The notes under the pieces: model-generated
What the model was told of the DNA's origin: nothing
Databases searched by the model: none
What the model saw: the letters and a program-made list of their open reading frames with translations, nothing else
Assembly (NCBI GenBank): GCA_964585475.1
Contig: CAZPDF010000006.1
Coordinates: 8,531-72,530, forward strand
Length of the DNA: 64,000 nt
Source of the DNA: an uncultured Candidatus Saccharibacteria bacterium
GTDB lineage: Bacteria; Patescibacteriota; Minisyncoccia; Sungbacterales; HO2-52-23
Reading direction: 5' to 3'
Made by a program: the position numbers and the translations under genes
In this document: positions 52,085 to 60,990 of the stretch, one piece after another
Layout: every line of letters starts with the position of its first letter
Position numbering within the stretch: the stretch's first letter is position 1

Positions 52085-53950
52085 ATGCTCACAAAAAAGC
52101 AAACACAAGTCCTAGATTTCATAAAGGCTTATATGGCAAAGCATAGCTATGCCCCCTCCCTCGATGAGATCAAGAAGAAGTTTAAGCTCGCCTCTGTATC
52201 TACTGCTCATTACTACATAAGCAAATTACAAGATGCTGGTTTTTTGAATAAAGAACACAATCAACCTCGTGCTGTTTCGACCGTTAAAGCAAAACAGACT
52301 GTTGAAGTTCCCATTTTAGGAGCAATCGCGGCAGGTGAGCCTATTGAGGCGATAGAAATTCCTGACGAAACAATAACGATCACAAGAGATGAAATTGGAA
52401 AGCAGGGCAAGCACTATGCTTTGCGTGTGCAAGGTAGCAGTATGATTGATGAGGGTATTTTTGATGGCGATATTGTCGTTATACGCAAACAAGAAGTAGC
52501 AGAAAATGGTCAAACTGTTGTGGCGGTCATTGATGATAACGAGGCGACACTCAAAAAACTGTATCGTGAAAATGGAAAGTTTAGACTTCAACCGGCAAAT
52601 CCAACACTATCTCCAATTTATCGTGATGAAGTGGAAGTGAGAGGTGTAGTTGTAAAGATTATTCGAAACCTCGAATCACAACTGGATCAAGGACAATCAA
52701 GGGATGAGAAGTATGTCCGTAAAATAGATTATTCATGGGACTACAGAGGAGAAAAAACAAAGTCGTATACGCACGGAATACATACCTATCCGGCGATGTT
52801 CATTCCACAAGTCGGACGAAGATTGTTAGAAACTTATAGTAAAGAGGGCGATACAATTTGTGATATTTTCTGTGGCTCTGGTTCAGCCTTAGTCGAAAGT
52901 AGGTTGATAGGGAGAAATGCTTACGGCATTGATCTCAATCCTTTGGCCATTTTTCTTGCGAAAGCAAAAACAACTCCAATCAATCCACAAAAACTAACCA
53001 AAGAATACATTATCCTGCTCAGCAGAGTAGAAAAAATAAAGGACAATGAGATAAAAAGACCTGATTTTAAGAATATTGATTTTTGGTTTAAGGACAAGGT
53101 AATAGTTAAACTTGCGAAACTAAAGAAAGCTATACAAGAAATAAAAGACGAGACCATTCAGAATTTCTTGATGGTTGCTTTTAGTGAGACAGTTCGGTAT
53201 TCCTCAAATACAAAGACTGGAGAGTTTAAGTTGGTGCGTGTTAAAGGAGAAAAACTGGAAAAGCATGATCCTGATATCTTGGGCATATTTCGAAAAAATG
53301 CAGAGAAAAATATCGCAGGTATGACGGATTTTTATAAAGATGCAAAAAATGATTCATGGACAAAAATAATCTATGGTGATTCATCAAAAGATAACGGAAT
53401 AAAAGCAAATTCTATTGATTGCATCATCACCTCACCGCCATATGGCGATAGTCGCACTACAGTAGCTTACGGACAGTTTTCTAGACTCTCGGCGCAGTGG
53501 ATTGATGTGTTTGAAGATCCAAATGACGCCTCTGGGGTAGATAACGATCTTCTCGGGGGTAGAGCTACTAAAAATTTAACCCATACACTTTCATCAGCTT
53601 ATCTTAAGGAATCATTAGACAAAATTGTGAAGCAAGACGAAGCAAGAGCAAAAGATGTATTAAGTTTTAATCTTGGATTGAATGAATGTCTGAAACAAGC
53701 TCACAGAATACTTAAACCAAGAAAGTATTTTTGTCTTGTTGTCGGAAATAGATTAGTCAAACAAGTACGAATTCCCACCGACTTTATTATTGCTGAATTA
53801 GCAGAAAAGATAGGTTTTACTTGTGAAGATATAGCCGTTCGAAATATCCCCGGCAAAAGAATGCCAATCAAAAATTCTCCAACGAATATTGTGGGTGCTT
53901 TAGAGGAAACAATGAACAAGGAAAGTATTGTTGTGCTAAGAAAGAATTAG
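52085..53950 (+). CDS. LexA-like repressor (wHTH plus S24 peptidase) fused to an N4-cytosine/N6-adenine DNA methyltransferase (the ORF extends upstream to 52049)
   Basis: N-terminal MLTKKQTQVLDFIKAYMAKHSYAPSLDEIKKKF (LexA DNA-binding domain) and VQGSSMIDEGIFDGDIVVIRKQ...TVVAVIDDNEATLKKL (S24 Ser/Lys dyad). C-terminal MTase motif I DIFCGSGS and motif IV IITSPPYGD. Confidence 0.7.
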   Translation: MLTKKQTQVLDFIKAYMAKHSYAPSLDEIKKKFKLASVSTAHYYISKLQDAGFLNKEHNQPRAVSTVKAKQTVEVPILGAIAAGEPIEAIEIPDETITITRDEIGKQGKHYALRVQGSSMIDEGIFDGDIVVIRKQEVAENGQTVVAVIDDNEATLKKLYRENGKFRLQPANPTLSPIYRDEVEVRGVVVKIIRNLESQLDQGQSRDEKYVRKIDYSWDYRGEKTKSYTHGIHTYPAMFIPQVGRRLLETYSKEGDTICDIFCGSGSALVESRLIGRNAYGIDLNPLAIFLAKAKTTPINPQKLTKEYIILLSRVEKIKDNEIKRPDFKNIDFWFKDKVIVKLAKLKKAIQEIKDETIQNFLMVAFSETVRYSSNTKTGEFKLVRVKGEKLEKHDPDILGIFRKNAEKNIAGMTDFYKDAKNDSWTKIIYGDSSKDNGIKANSIDCIITSPPYGDSRTTVAYGQFSRLSAQWIDVFEDPNDASGVDNDLLGGRATKNLTHTLSSAYLKESLDKIVKQDEARAKDVLSFNLGLNECLKQAHRILKPRKYFCLVVGNRLVKQVRIPTDFIIAELAEKIGFTCEDIAVRNIPGKRMPIKNSPTNIVGALEETMNKESIVVLRKN

Positions 53951-54699
53951 AGAATCTTTTTCTGAATCTTAAACAAAAGTGGTAAAGATTTCTCAGTTAA
54001 GCGGAATGCTGAGCCATGATCATGTGGTTTCCCCGCATTTTTACCACTATGGTATACGCCTAAGCGAATGTCATATTTTGAGTGAGCAAGAAACTTAGTC
54101 GGATCAATTTCTTTCAGAATATAAGCATCTTTGTAATGAAAATACTCATACCCCCGAATCTTTTTTGTTTCAGCACGAACCAATATCAACCCATCTCCTA
54201 TTTTTTCGATAGCTTTTTTCCTCAAAAACGCCAGACTGTAATATCCTAAAAGTTTGCCTTTTTTGAGAATCAGTAATTTCCCTTGTTTTTCATCAATAGT
54301 AGCCTGAAATCCCATACCGTTTCTTTTACCATCACTGATGGTCTGATGGAGAATTTTAATCTTAGGAAATTCAGGATCGGAATAACCAAAGCGTTTTCTT
54401 ATTTCAGCATTTGTAATACCCTCTGGACTCTTGGTGAATAGAGTCATCATTGAAAGAGTATTGAGTCTTTGCGATTTCAATTCCATTACTCCAAAATCTG
54501 GCAGAGCGATATTGTTTTCCGTAATACCAAGATAATCCTCTAGGGTTTTACCTATCCCAGTATTATGACTCCGGTTAGATTTAATCCATCCCTTTTTGGA
54601 GAGTTCTTGAAGTGCTTTCCTAATTTGGGTTAATGTTCGTTTTTGCATATTACTTTTGTCCAAGAAACCCCTATTTTGTTTAGGTTCGAACTTGGACAT
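53947..54699 (-). CDS. Putative type II restriction endonuclease (MvaI/BcnI-like, inferred), partner of the adjacent methyltransferase
   Basis: Overlaps the MTase stop by 4 nt in convergent orientation; TGIGKTLEDYLGI...LPDFGVMELKSQ segment resembles the MvaI/BcnI family as I recall it. Confidence 0.35.
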   Translation of the reverse strand: MSKFEPKQNRGFLDKSNMQKRTLTQIRKALQELSKKGWIKSNRSHNTGIGKTLEDYLGITENNIALPDFGVMELKSQRLNTLSMMTLFTKSPEGITNAEIRKRFGYSDPEFPKIKILHQTISDGKRNGMGFQATIDEKQGKLLILKKGKLLGYYSLAFLRKKAIEKIGDGLILVRAETKKIRGYEYFHYKDAYILKEIDPTKFLAHSKYDIRLGVYHSGKNAGKPHDHGSAFRLTEKSLPLLFKIQKKIL

Positions 54700-54700
54700 C

Positions 54701-55020
54701 TGGCGGTGGGAGGAGGATTTGAACCTCCGACACCCGTAAAGGTGTTCCGGTTTTCCTTGCCCGCACTAAAATTTGGATTTTCGGAAGCGGGAGGATTTGA
54801 ACCCACGATACGGATTTAAACCCGTATAACAGGTTAGCAACCTGCCGCTTTGTTTTTGCGCATTTTTGATTAGCGCAAAAACCCCGGCTGCGTTCGTAGG
54901 CACAAAATGGAGAGGGCGAGATTCAAACTCGCGAGGGACTTTCATCCCTAACACCTTAGCACGGTGCCGCTTTGTTCTCGCCGAGATTGACTCGGCGAGA
55001 ACCCGGAGCGCTTCTCTATG
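54701..55020 (-). pseudogene. Three tRNA 3′-portion fragments lacking matching 5′ acceptor strands: Val(TAC)-like with CCA (54701-54766), Ser-like (54781-54855), Ser(GCT)-like (54905-54990)
   Basis: Each has an anticodon arm, variable arm, T-arm (TTCAAAT/TTTGAAT) and 3′ acceptor strand but no complementary 5′ strand. Two share the motif AAAGCGGCA with the intact tRNA-Ser and are preceded by perfect palindromic hairpins. Confidence 0.45.
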
Positions 55021-55027
55021 TTCACGG

Positions 55028-55114
55028 CGGAGGCGGCAGGATTTGAACCTGCGAAAGGATTTCTCCTTTAACACCTTAGCACGGTGCCGCTTTAAACCGC
55101 TCAGCCACGCCTCC
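55028..55114 (-). tRNA. tRNA-Ser (anticodon GCT), type II
   Basis: Minus strand: GGAGGCG TG GCT-GAGCGGTTTAA-AGC G GCACC-GTGCTAA-GGTGT TAAAGGAGAAATCCTTTC GCAGGTTCAAATCCTGC CGCCTCC G. Confidence 0.75.
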
Positions 55115-55159
55115 GCCGTGAACACAATATAAAGTGCGCTCGCTAAATGTAACGTTAGT

Positions 55160-55470
55160 TACATTTAGCCCACTCAGCCACGCCTCCACGTATTTAATTC
55201 TCGGCGGTGCCTCGATCAAAAAACTGTACGGCTGAGTGTCCGCCGGGGCGGTCTTTTGACCGCCCGTTCAAAGCTGCGCTTGCTCGCTTTGAACCCACTC
55301 AGCCACGCCTCCGCTATAGACCCAATGCAATGTGCGCCCGTCAAAAACAAAATTGTTTGCTTTTGACCCGCTAAGCCACCTCTCCGTTTTGTGTCCAATG
55401 CAAGGTGCAGCCGTTTAACGTGCCTTTAGGCACGTTAAACCCACTCAGCCACACCTTCTCCTGCGCAATA
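55160..55470 (-). repeat. Four degenerate copies of the tRNA-Ser 5′ ~20 nt (GGAGGCGTGGCTGAGTGGG), each followed by a different perfect palindromic hairpin
   Basis: Plus-strand CCCACTCAGCCACGCCTCC-like motif at 55168, 55293, 55367 and 55441. Adjacent palindromes: GCTAAATGTAACGTTAGTTACATTTAGC, TTCAAAGCTGCGCTTGCTCGCTTTGAA, TCAAAAACAAAATTGTTTGCTTTTGA, TTAACGTGCCTTTAGGCACGTTAA. Confidence 0.6.
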
Positions 55471-55519
55471 TTAACATAATTATCGTGTTTACTCAAGGGA
55501 ATGTGGTATAATAAATTCA

Positions 55520-56764
55520 ATGGCTATATTTACTTATTCGGCGGCGGAACGTAGCGGCGCGGTGCAAAAAGGAGAAAAAGAGGCCGAAAATGAGAAAGCT
55601 TTGGCACAGGCCCTTAAGACAGAGGGGCTGTTTCTTTTGGAAGCCAAAGAGCTGGGGAAACAAGGGGGATTTTCGCTTCTGCATGCCAATATTAAGTTGG
55701 GTGAGATTCTCTCGCGCATCCGGCCAATCGGCTTGGTGGACAAGATGTTTTTTGCGAGAAACCTCGGCGTGATGCTTGGCGCGGGCCTTTCCCTTACGCG
55801 GGCCATTGATGCGCTGGTGCAGGAGTCATCCAACGCAAAATTTAAAAAGATTTTGGACGAGGTGAATAGCTCGGTCGTCAAAGGCAACACTTTCGCCGAC
55901 TCCCTGCGGATCCACGAGGATGTTTTCGGGTCACTTTTTGTGAATATGATTGAGGTGGGGGAGACGACCGGAAAACTTACCATGGTTTTGAATTTGCTTG
56001 CGAACCAAATGAAGAAGGATCATAACCTCCGGCGCAAAGTGAAAGGAGCCATGATTTATCCGGCCATAATCATTATGGCATTGGTCGGCATCGGATCCGG
56101 AATGTTGATTTTTGTCGTTCCGACACTTGCCGCCACCATTAAAGAACTTGGGGTGGAGCTTCCCCTTACTACGCGGATCATTATTGCCTTAAGCGACATT
56201 TTGGTAAATTACGCCGTTTGGGTGTTTATCGGGCTTCTGGTTTTTGTTTTGCTTTTTTGGAGGGCGTTGAAAAGCGCGCGGGGTAAATCTATATTCGACC
56301 GCCTGGTTTTGCATTTCCCAATTTTTGGAGAGTTGGTACGCAAATTCAACGTGGCGCGGTTTTGTAGAACTCTTGCTTATCTAATAACTTCTGGCGTCCC
56401 GATTGTGCGGTCTTTGGAGATTACCGCATCGGTTCTGGGCAATACGCTATTTCGCAATGCGGCGCGCGAGGCCGCGGTGGAGATTCAGAAAGGAAAACAG
56501 CTTCATGAAATTTTGCAGGGGCATGTCTCGCTCTTTTTGCCGATTGTGATCCAGATGATCAGCGTGGGGGAGGAGACCGGAAAGATTTCAAGCATGATGC
56601 TGCGCCTGGCCATATTTTTTGAAGAGGACGTGACGAATGCCACCAAAAATCTTTCGACCATCATTGAGCCCTTGCTCATGCTTATTATCGGCGCAGGGGT
56701 TGGCTTTTTCGCAGTCTCCATGTTGCAACCAATTTACGGCAGTTTGGGGAATATAGGAGGATAA
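55520..56764 (+). CDS. pilC: Type IV pilus assembly protein PilC / type II secretion system F-domain protein
   Basis: Two GspF repeats (…FARNLGVMLGAGLSLTRAIDAL… and …FCRTLAYLITSGVPIVRSLEIT…) and three TM segments. Confidence 0.85.
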   Translation: MAIFTYSAAERSGAVQKGEKEAENEKALAQALKTEGLFLLEAKELGKQGGFSLLHANIKLGEILSRIRPIGLVDKMFFARNLGVMLGAGLSLTRAIDALVQESSNAKFKKILDEVNSSVVKGNTFADSLRIHEDVFGSLFVNMIEVGETTGKLTMVLNLLANQMKKDHNLRRKVKGAMIYPAIIIMALVGIGSGMLIFVVPTLAATIKELGVELPLTTRIIIALSDILVNYAVWVFIGLLVFVLLFWRALKSARGKSIFDRLVLHFPIFGELVRKFNVARFCRTLAYLITSGVPIVRSLEITASVLGNTLFRNAAREAAVEIQKGKQLHEILQGHVSLFLPIVIQMISVGEETGKISSMMLRLAIFFEEDVTNATKNLSTIIEPLLMLIIGAGVGFFAVSMLQPIYGSLGNIGG

Positions 56765-56809
56765 ACGATAAATTCGAAATCCTAATCTCTAAATTCTAGA
56801 CAAATCTTA

Positions 56810-57742
56810 ATGTTCCAAATCCAAAATTCCAAACACGCGTTTAGAATTTCGAATTTCGAATTTAGAATTTTCCCCAAAGGGGGTTTTACTCTTCTTGAAG
56901 TTCTAATTGTTTTAGGAATTTTGGGGTTAGTTGGCGGCATTGCGATTACTTCCTTTTTTGGTTCAAGAAATATTCGGGAGCTTGCAACATCCGGCGAGAA
57001 CGTGCTCTCGGTCCTGCGTCTGGCGCAGGCCAAGGCCCTCGGTAGCGAGGATGGTTCCCAGTGGGGGGTGTGGCTTGGGCAATCTCGGGTGATTCTTTTT
57101 CGAGGGCCCAGCTTTGCCGGATCAACTTCAACTCAGATTTTTGATCTGCCATCCAATCTGGAGATTGTAAATATCAATCTGGCCGGAGGCGGACAGGAGG
57201 TTTTGTTTAAGCGTCTTGATGGAGGTACTGATAACCCCGGAACATTCGATGCCAGGGTGCGAAGCGCCACGAATTTCATTTTTCCAATCGTGGTGGATGG
57301 TTCCGGAAAAGTATACCAATCTGCTACGGCCCCCTCGCCCACCGGAACCAGGATCATAGATGCCCGCCACCGCCAGTTTAACCTCGGCTGGAGCATTCAA
57401 AATTCGATTCAGCTGGTATTGGTATTTTCTAATCCCCCCGGTCCTAATTCCACGACCACCGTCACCATGGCGTCCTATTTTGATGTAGGGAAAACAAAAT
57501 TCGATTGGACGGACACTGTTGTGGTGGGCGGGCAGAATCAAACTCTGCGGATTCACACCACCCTGCTTAATTCCGTAAACACTACACTCTCCGTTGACCG
57601 GGATTGTCGGAAAAATACTAAAAAAGTAGACATAAGCATTGATTCCGGCGTCATTAACGACCTTCGGAATATTGCAACGTACGAGGCCGATTGCCAGACC
57701 ATTGCGGTAGGGGCTTTTGGGGGAACGATGAGTGAACCATAG
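56810..57742 (+). CDS. Type IV pilin-like protein (pseudopilin) with a long leader
   Basis: Prepilin motif ...PKGG|FTLLEVLIVLGILGLVGGIAI; the leader contains the heptamer repeat (N)GAATTT ×4. Confidence 0.75.
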   Translation: MFQIQNSKHAFRISNFEFRIFPKGGFTLLEVLIVLGILGLVGGIAITSFFGSRNIRELATSGENVLSVLRLAQAKALGSEDGSQWGVWLGQSRVILFRGPSFAGSTSTQIFDLPSNLEIVNINLAGGGQEVLFKRLDGGTDNPGTFDARVRSATNFIFPIVVDGSGKVYQSATAPSPTGTRIIDARHRQFNLGWSIQNSIQLVLVFSNPPGPNSTTTVTMASYFDVGKTKFDWTDTVVVGGQNQTLRIHTTLLNSVNTTLSVDRDCRKNTKKVDISIDSGVINDLRNIATYEADCQTIAVGAFGGTMSEP

Positions 57743-57785
57743 AAAAAATCCTAAATCCTAATTTCTAAATTCTAAACAATAACTA

Positions 57786-58880
57786 ATGCTTAAAAATCTA
57801 AATCCCAAAACTCGTTTTGAATTTTGGAACATTCGAATTTTGAATTTGTTTCGAATTTCGAATTTCGAATTTCGAATTTCCCCCAATGGGGGGTTTGGTC
57901 TGGTTGAGATGGTGATTGTTACCGCGATTGTTTCGGGGTCCTTGTTTGCATTTTTACAGGCCGAGATTTTGTCTGTGCGGCTTTTGAGAAGCGAAAAAGA
58001 GAATTTGGAGGCAACGCTTCTGGCCGAGGAGGCGCTCGAAGCAGTGCGCTCGGTCCGCGATGAATCTTGGACGACCATCTCCGCCTCCACCACGAACGGC
58101 ACTATCTACTACCCCTCGGTTGAGAACGGAAAATGGAAACTTTCAACTTCCTCTCCGGGGATTATAAATGGCAAATACAAGCGATTCGTCATATTTAGTG
58201 AAGTTCTTCGTGATACGCAGGATCGAATAGCTGCGAGCGGCACCGCTGATCCCGATACGAGAAAAGTTACGGCGTACGCCACCACTACGACCAAGCAAAT
58301 AACGCTTGTTACCTATATTACCAATTTTCAGAGTTATCTTCCCCGGCCGACCGAGGCCAAAGTAATTTCTTTTGAGGGTGCGACGACAGATGCGAATCTT
58401 GCCAGTTTTCCGTCGAATAACTTGGGCGACGGAGACCCGGCGCAGGGATTTACCACCCTTGTCGACTCCCTCCAAGTTACGAAAGTTGAGCTCTATCTTC
58501 GCAGGACCACTGTCTCTCCGTCAGACGTTTACGCCGAACTTAGAACCACGGCGACCGGGACGGTCCTGGGCATCTCCAATATCATTACGGCCAGTACCAT
58601 CTCAAGTACGAGTCCGGCTTGGATTGAATTTAGGTTTCCCGACCCCGTAAATTTGAGCGCCCTTACCAAATATTATATTCGTCTCCGTAGTATTCCCGAT
58701 TCAACCGCTGTTGGCAGCGGTTCGGCCGGAAACATAAACTGGTTTTATCTGCAAACCGGCTCAAGCCCTTATGCCGGAGGAGAGGCCAGGCGTTATGTCG
58801 GACGGCTGTCTAACCCCACAGATGCGGGACAGCAACTGGATCAGTATGACTTTGGGTTTAGAGTGTACGCACTGCAATAA
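57786..58880 (+). CDS. Type IV pilin-like protein (pseudopilin)
   Basis: ...SPNGG|FGLVEMVIVTAIVSGSLFAF; the leader contains TCGAATT ×4 plus degenerate copies. Confidence 0.7.
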   Translation: MLKNLNPKTRFEFWNIRILNLFRISNFEFRISPNGGFGLVEMVIVTAIVSGSLFAFLQAEILSVRLLRSEKENLEATLLAEEALEAVRSVRDESWTTISASTTNGTIYYPSVENGKWKLSTSSPGIINGKYKRFVIFSEVLRDTQDRIAASGTADPDTRKVTAYATTTTKQITLVTYITNFQSYLPRPTEAKVISFEGATTDANLASFPSNNLGDGDPAQGFTTLVDSLQVTKVELYLRRTTVSPSDVYAELRTTATGTVLGISNIITASTISSTSPAWIEFRFPDPVNLSALTKYYIRLRSIPDSTAVGSGSAGNINWFYLQTGSSPYAGGEARRYVGRLSNPTDAGQQLDQYDFGFRVYALQ

Positions 58881-58881
58881 C

Positions 58882-59520
58882 ATGAAATCACAAATCACAA
58901 ATCACAAATCACAAACAAATTCTAAACGCGTTTGGAATTTAGAATTTTGGTCGTTGGGATTTGTTTGGAATTTGGTGCTTGGGGCTTGGAATTTTCCTTC
59001 GCGCGGTCGCGCGAAGGGCATCTCCCTTATCGAGGCCGTGGTCTATATTGCGCTTCTCGGGATTTTCGCGGTTTTCATTTCTAATTTCCTGCTGCAGATT
59101 GTAAATACCTACTATCGCGCCCGGGCCGAGCGGGAAGTATTGTCGAATGCGCGGCTTCTGCTTGAAACGGTGACTAAATTCGTTGCGCAGTCAAGCGAAG
59201 TATATGCGCCGACAAGCAGCTTTAACACGAATCTCGGCCAGCTCTCGCTTATTACGACAGCCACATCCACCCCGGAGCACACTACCTCGTATAGGGATTT
59301 CTGGGTTGATAACGGGGTTTTCTTTTTGCGGCGTGAGGGCGGATCCTCCATGGCCCTCTCGGCGCCTTCGGTGCGCGTGACCAAATTCCGGCTGGAGAGA
59401 ATCGTGCAGGGACTTGCCCGCGAGGCGGTAAAGGTTACCCTGGAAGTCGCATCCGCGCAGTCCAAATTCCCGACCTCCGCCACCCTTAATTCAACCACGG
59501 CTTTGAGAGGCAACTACTAA
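58882..59520 (+). CDS. Type IV pilin-like protein (FimT/PilW-like minor pilin); the ORF extends upstream to 58771 but the ATG at 58882 follows the previous stop
   Basis: ...GRAKG|ISLIEAVVYIALLGIFAV; the leader coding begins with AAATCAC ×4. Confidence 0.65.
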   Translation: MKSQITNHKSQTNSKRVWNLEFWSLGFVWNLVLGAWNFPSRGRAKGISLIEAVVYIALLGIFAVFISNFLLQIVNTYYRARAEREVLSNARLLLETVTKFVAQSSEVYAPTSSFNTNLGQLSLITTATSTPEHTTSYRDFWVDNGVFFLRREGGSSMALSAPSVRVTKFRLERIVQGLAREAVKVTLEVASAQSKFPTSATLNSTTALRGNY

Positions 59521-59535
59521 AATTTACAATTTTCA

Positions 59536-60978
59536 ATGACCAATTTTCAATCTAGACGGAATTTAAAACGAGTGCCGCGTTGGAATGTTTGGGAATTGGG
59601 AATTGGGAATTGGGAATTCCGTTCGCGCTTCAGCGCGAACGGGTATGCTGCCCTGACGACGATAATCCTCGCAGTTATTGTCTCCTTGGTGGTTGTCGGC
59701 GGCTTTACATTTTTTGCTCTGCAGGAAGTCGGCATAAACCGGATATTTACGAAATCCATTGACGCGCTATATATAGCGGAAAGCGGTATCGAGGATATGG
59801 TATGGCGTGTTATGTCCGGAAAACAGACCGGAAGTCCGGAAACGCTCGGGGTAGGAAAAGGCACCACCACCATCAATGTCACCGTAACTCCGGATAACAA
59901 GCGGATTATCCGTTCCGATGGGCAGAGAGATGGCGTTAGGCGCAGTCTTGAGACGAGGATTGATCTTTCCATAACTAATGCGAGTTTCATCTATGGAGCG
60001 CAGGTGGGCGGCGGTGGACTTGAAATGGAGAATAACGCAACCCTAAACGGAAGCGTATTTTCCAACGGTACGATCATTGGGGATAACGGAGCCGTTATTA
60101 CCGGCGATGCGTTTGCGGCATCCAACTCACAAATTAGCTTTATGGCGGTGGATGGTAACGCGCAGGCCTTTATTATCGCGACAAGCTCCATCGGGGGGTA
60201 CGCGACGTCCACTAATCTTTTCCATAATTCGAGCTCCGGAAAAGACGTTCATGCCGACAAAATCATAAATAGCGCGGTGACTGCGGACGCTTATTATTAT
60301 GATGTAATAATTAACAGCACCGTTCTTGGATCAAGTTTTCCCGGGAATCCCGGCCCGCCAACACTTTCTCCAATTCCTCTACCCATATCCGATGCCACTA
60401 TCAACCAATGGAAACAAGAGGCAGAACAACTTGGGACGATTGCGTCTGGCGGCTGCGGACAGGACTGGACCCCTCCCACAAGTCCTTACACCTTGAACGG
60501 CGGAGTTTTAGATCGCAATCTTGTTCTTACCAATAACCAAATTCTTATTATGCGGGGGACAATATGGGTGAAATGCAATGTAGATATTTCAAATGGTGCA
60601 ACCATACGGCTTGATTCCGCATACGGTGATACTAGCGGTGCGCTGGTTGCCGACGGCTGGATGCACCTGCAAAATAACGGCCAGTTTCAAGGATCCGGCG
60701 TTGCCGGAAGTTATCTCATGCTTTTGACAACGGCGTCCGGAGGCGGGCATCACGGCTCGGCCATTGACTTGCACAATAATGCGGGAGGAGCAATATTTTA
60801 CGCCCAAAACGGAATGATTTTTCTGCACCAAAACGTTTCGGTAACTGAACTTATTGGCTACCGTCTGCATATGGAAAATAACTCCGTTCTTACTTACGAG
60901 ATCGGTTTGCAGAATGTGCGATTCTCGGCTGGCCCGGCCGGAGGATATGATCTTAAATACTGGAAGGAAGTGGAATAG
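59536..60978 (+). CDS. PilX-like pilus-associated protein, paralog A
   Basis: N-terminal GYAALTTIILAVIVSLVVVGG hydrophobic segment typical of PilX_N; the leader contains GGGAATT ×4. Confidence 0.6.
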   Translation: MTNFQSRRNLKRVPRWNVWELGIGNWEFRSRFSANGYAALTTIILAVIVSLVVVGGFTFFALQEVGINRIFTKSIDALYIAESGIEDMVWRVMSGKQTGSPETLGVGKGTTTINVTVTPDNKRIIRSDGQRDGVRRSLETRIDLSITNASFIYGAQVGGGGLEMENNATLNGSVFSNGTIIGDNGAVITGDAFAASNSQISFMAVDGNAQAFIIATSSIGGYATSTNLFHNSSSGKDVHADKIINSAVTADAYYYDVIINSTVLGSSFPGNPGPPTLSPIPLPISDATINQWKQEAEQLGTIASGGCGQDWTPPTSPYTLNGGVLDRNLVLTNNQILIMRGTIWVKCNVDISNGATIRLDSAYGDTSGALVADGWMHLQNNGQFQGSGVAGSYLMLLTTASGGGHHGSAIDLHNNAGGAIFYAQNGMIFLHQNVSVTELIGYRLHMENNSVLTYEIGLQNVRFSAGPAGGYDLKYWKEVE

Positions 60979-60990
60979 TAAATAAACAAA

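Noticed and set aside
54766-55125. 119-aa minus-strand ORF
   Set aside because: It lies entirely within the tRNA-Ser gene and the tRNA fragment array. A similar antisense-to-tRNA artefact is the ORF 12914-13099 (minus) over tRNA-Leu.
55100-55470. Possible CRISPR array (short repeated CCCACTCAGCCACGCCTCC motif with unique intervening sequences)
   Set aside because: The repeats are only ~19 nt and degenerate, the spacing is irregular (59/125/74/74), and the intervening sequences are perfect palindromes. The repeat is the 5′ end of the adjacent tRNA-Ser, and no cas genes are present. I interpret it as tRNA-derived fragments.
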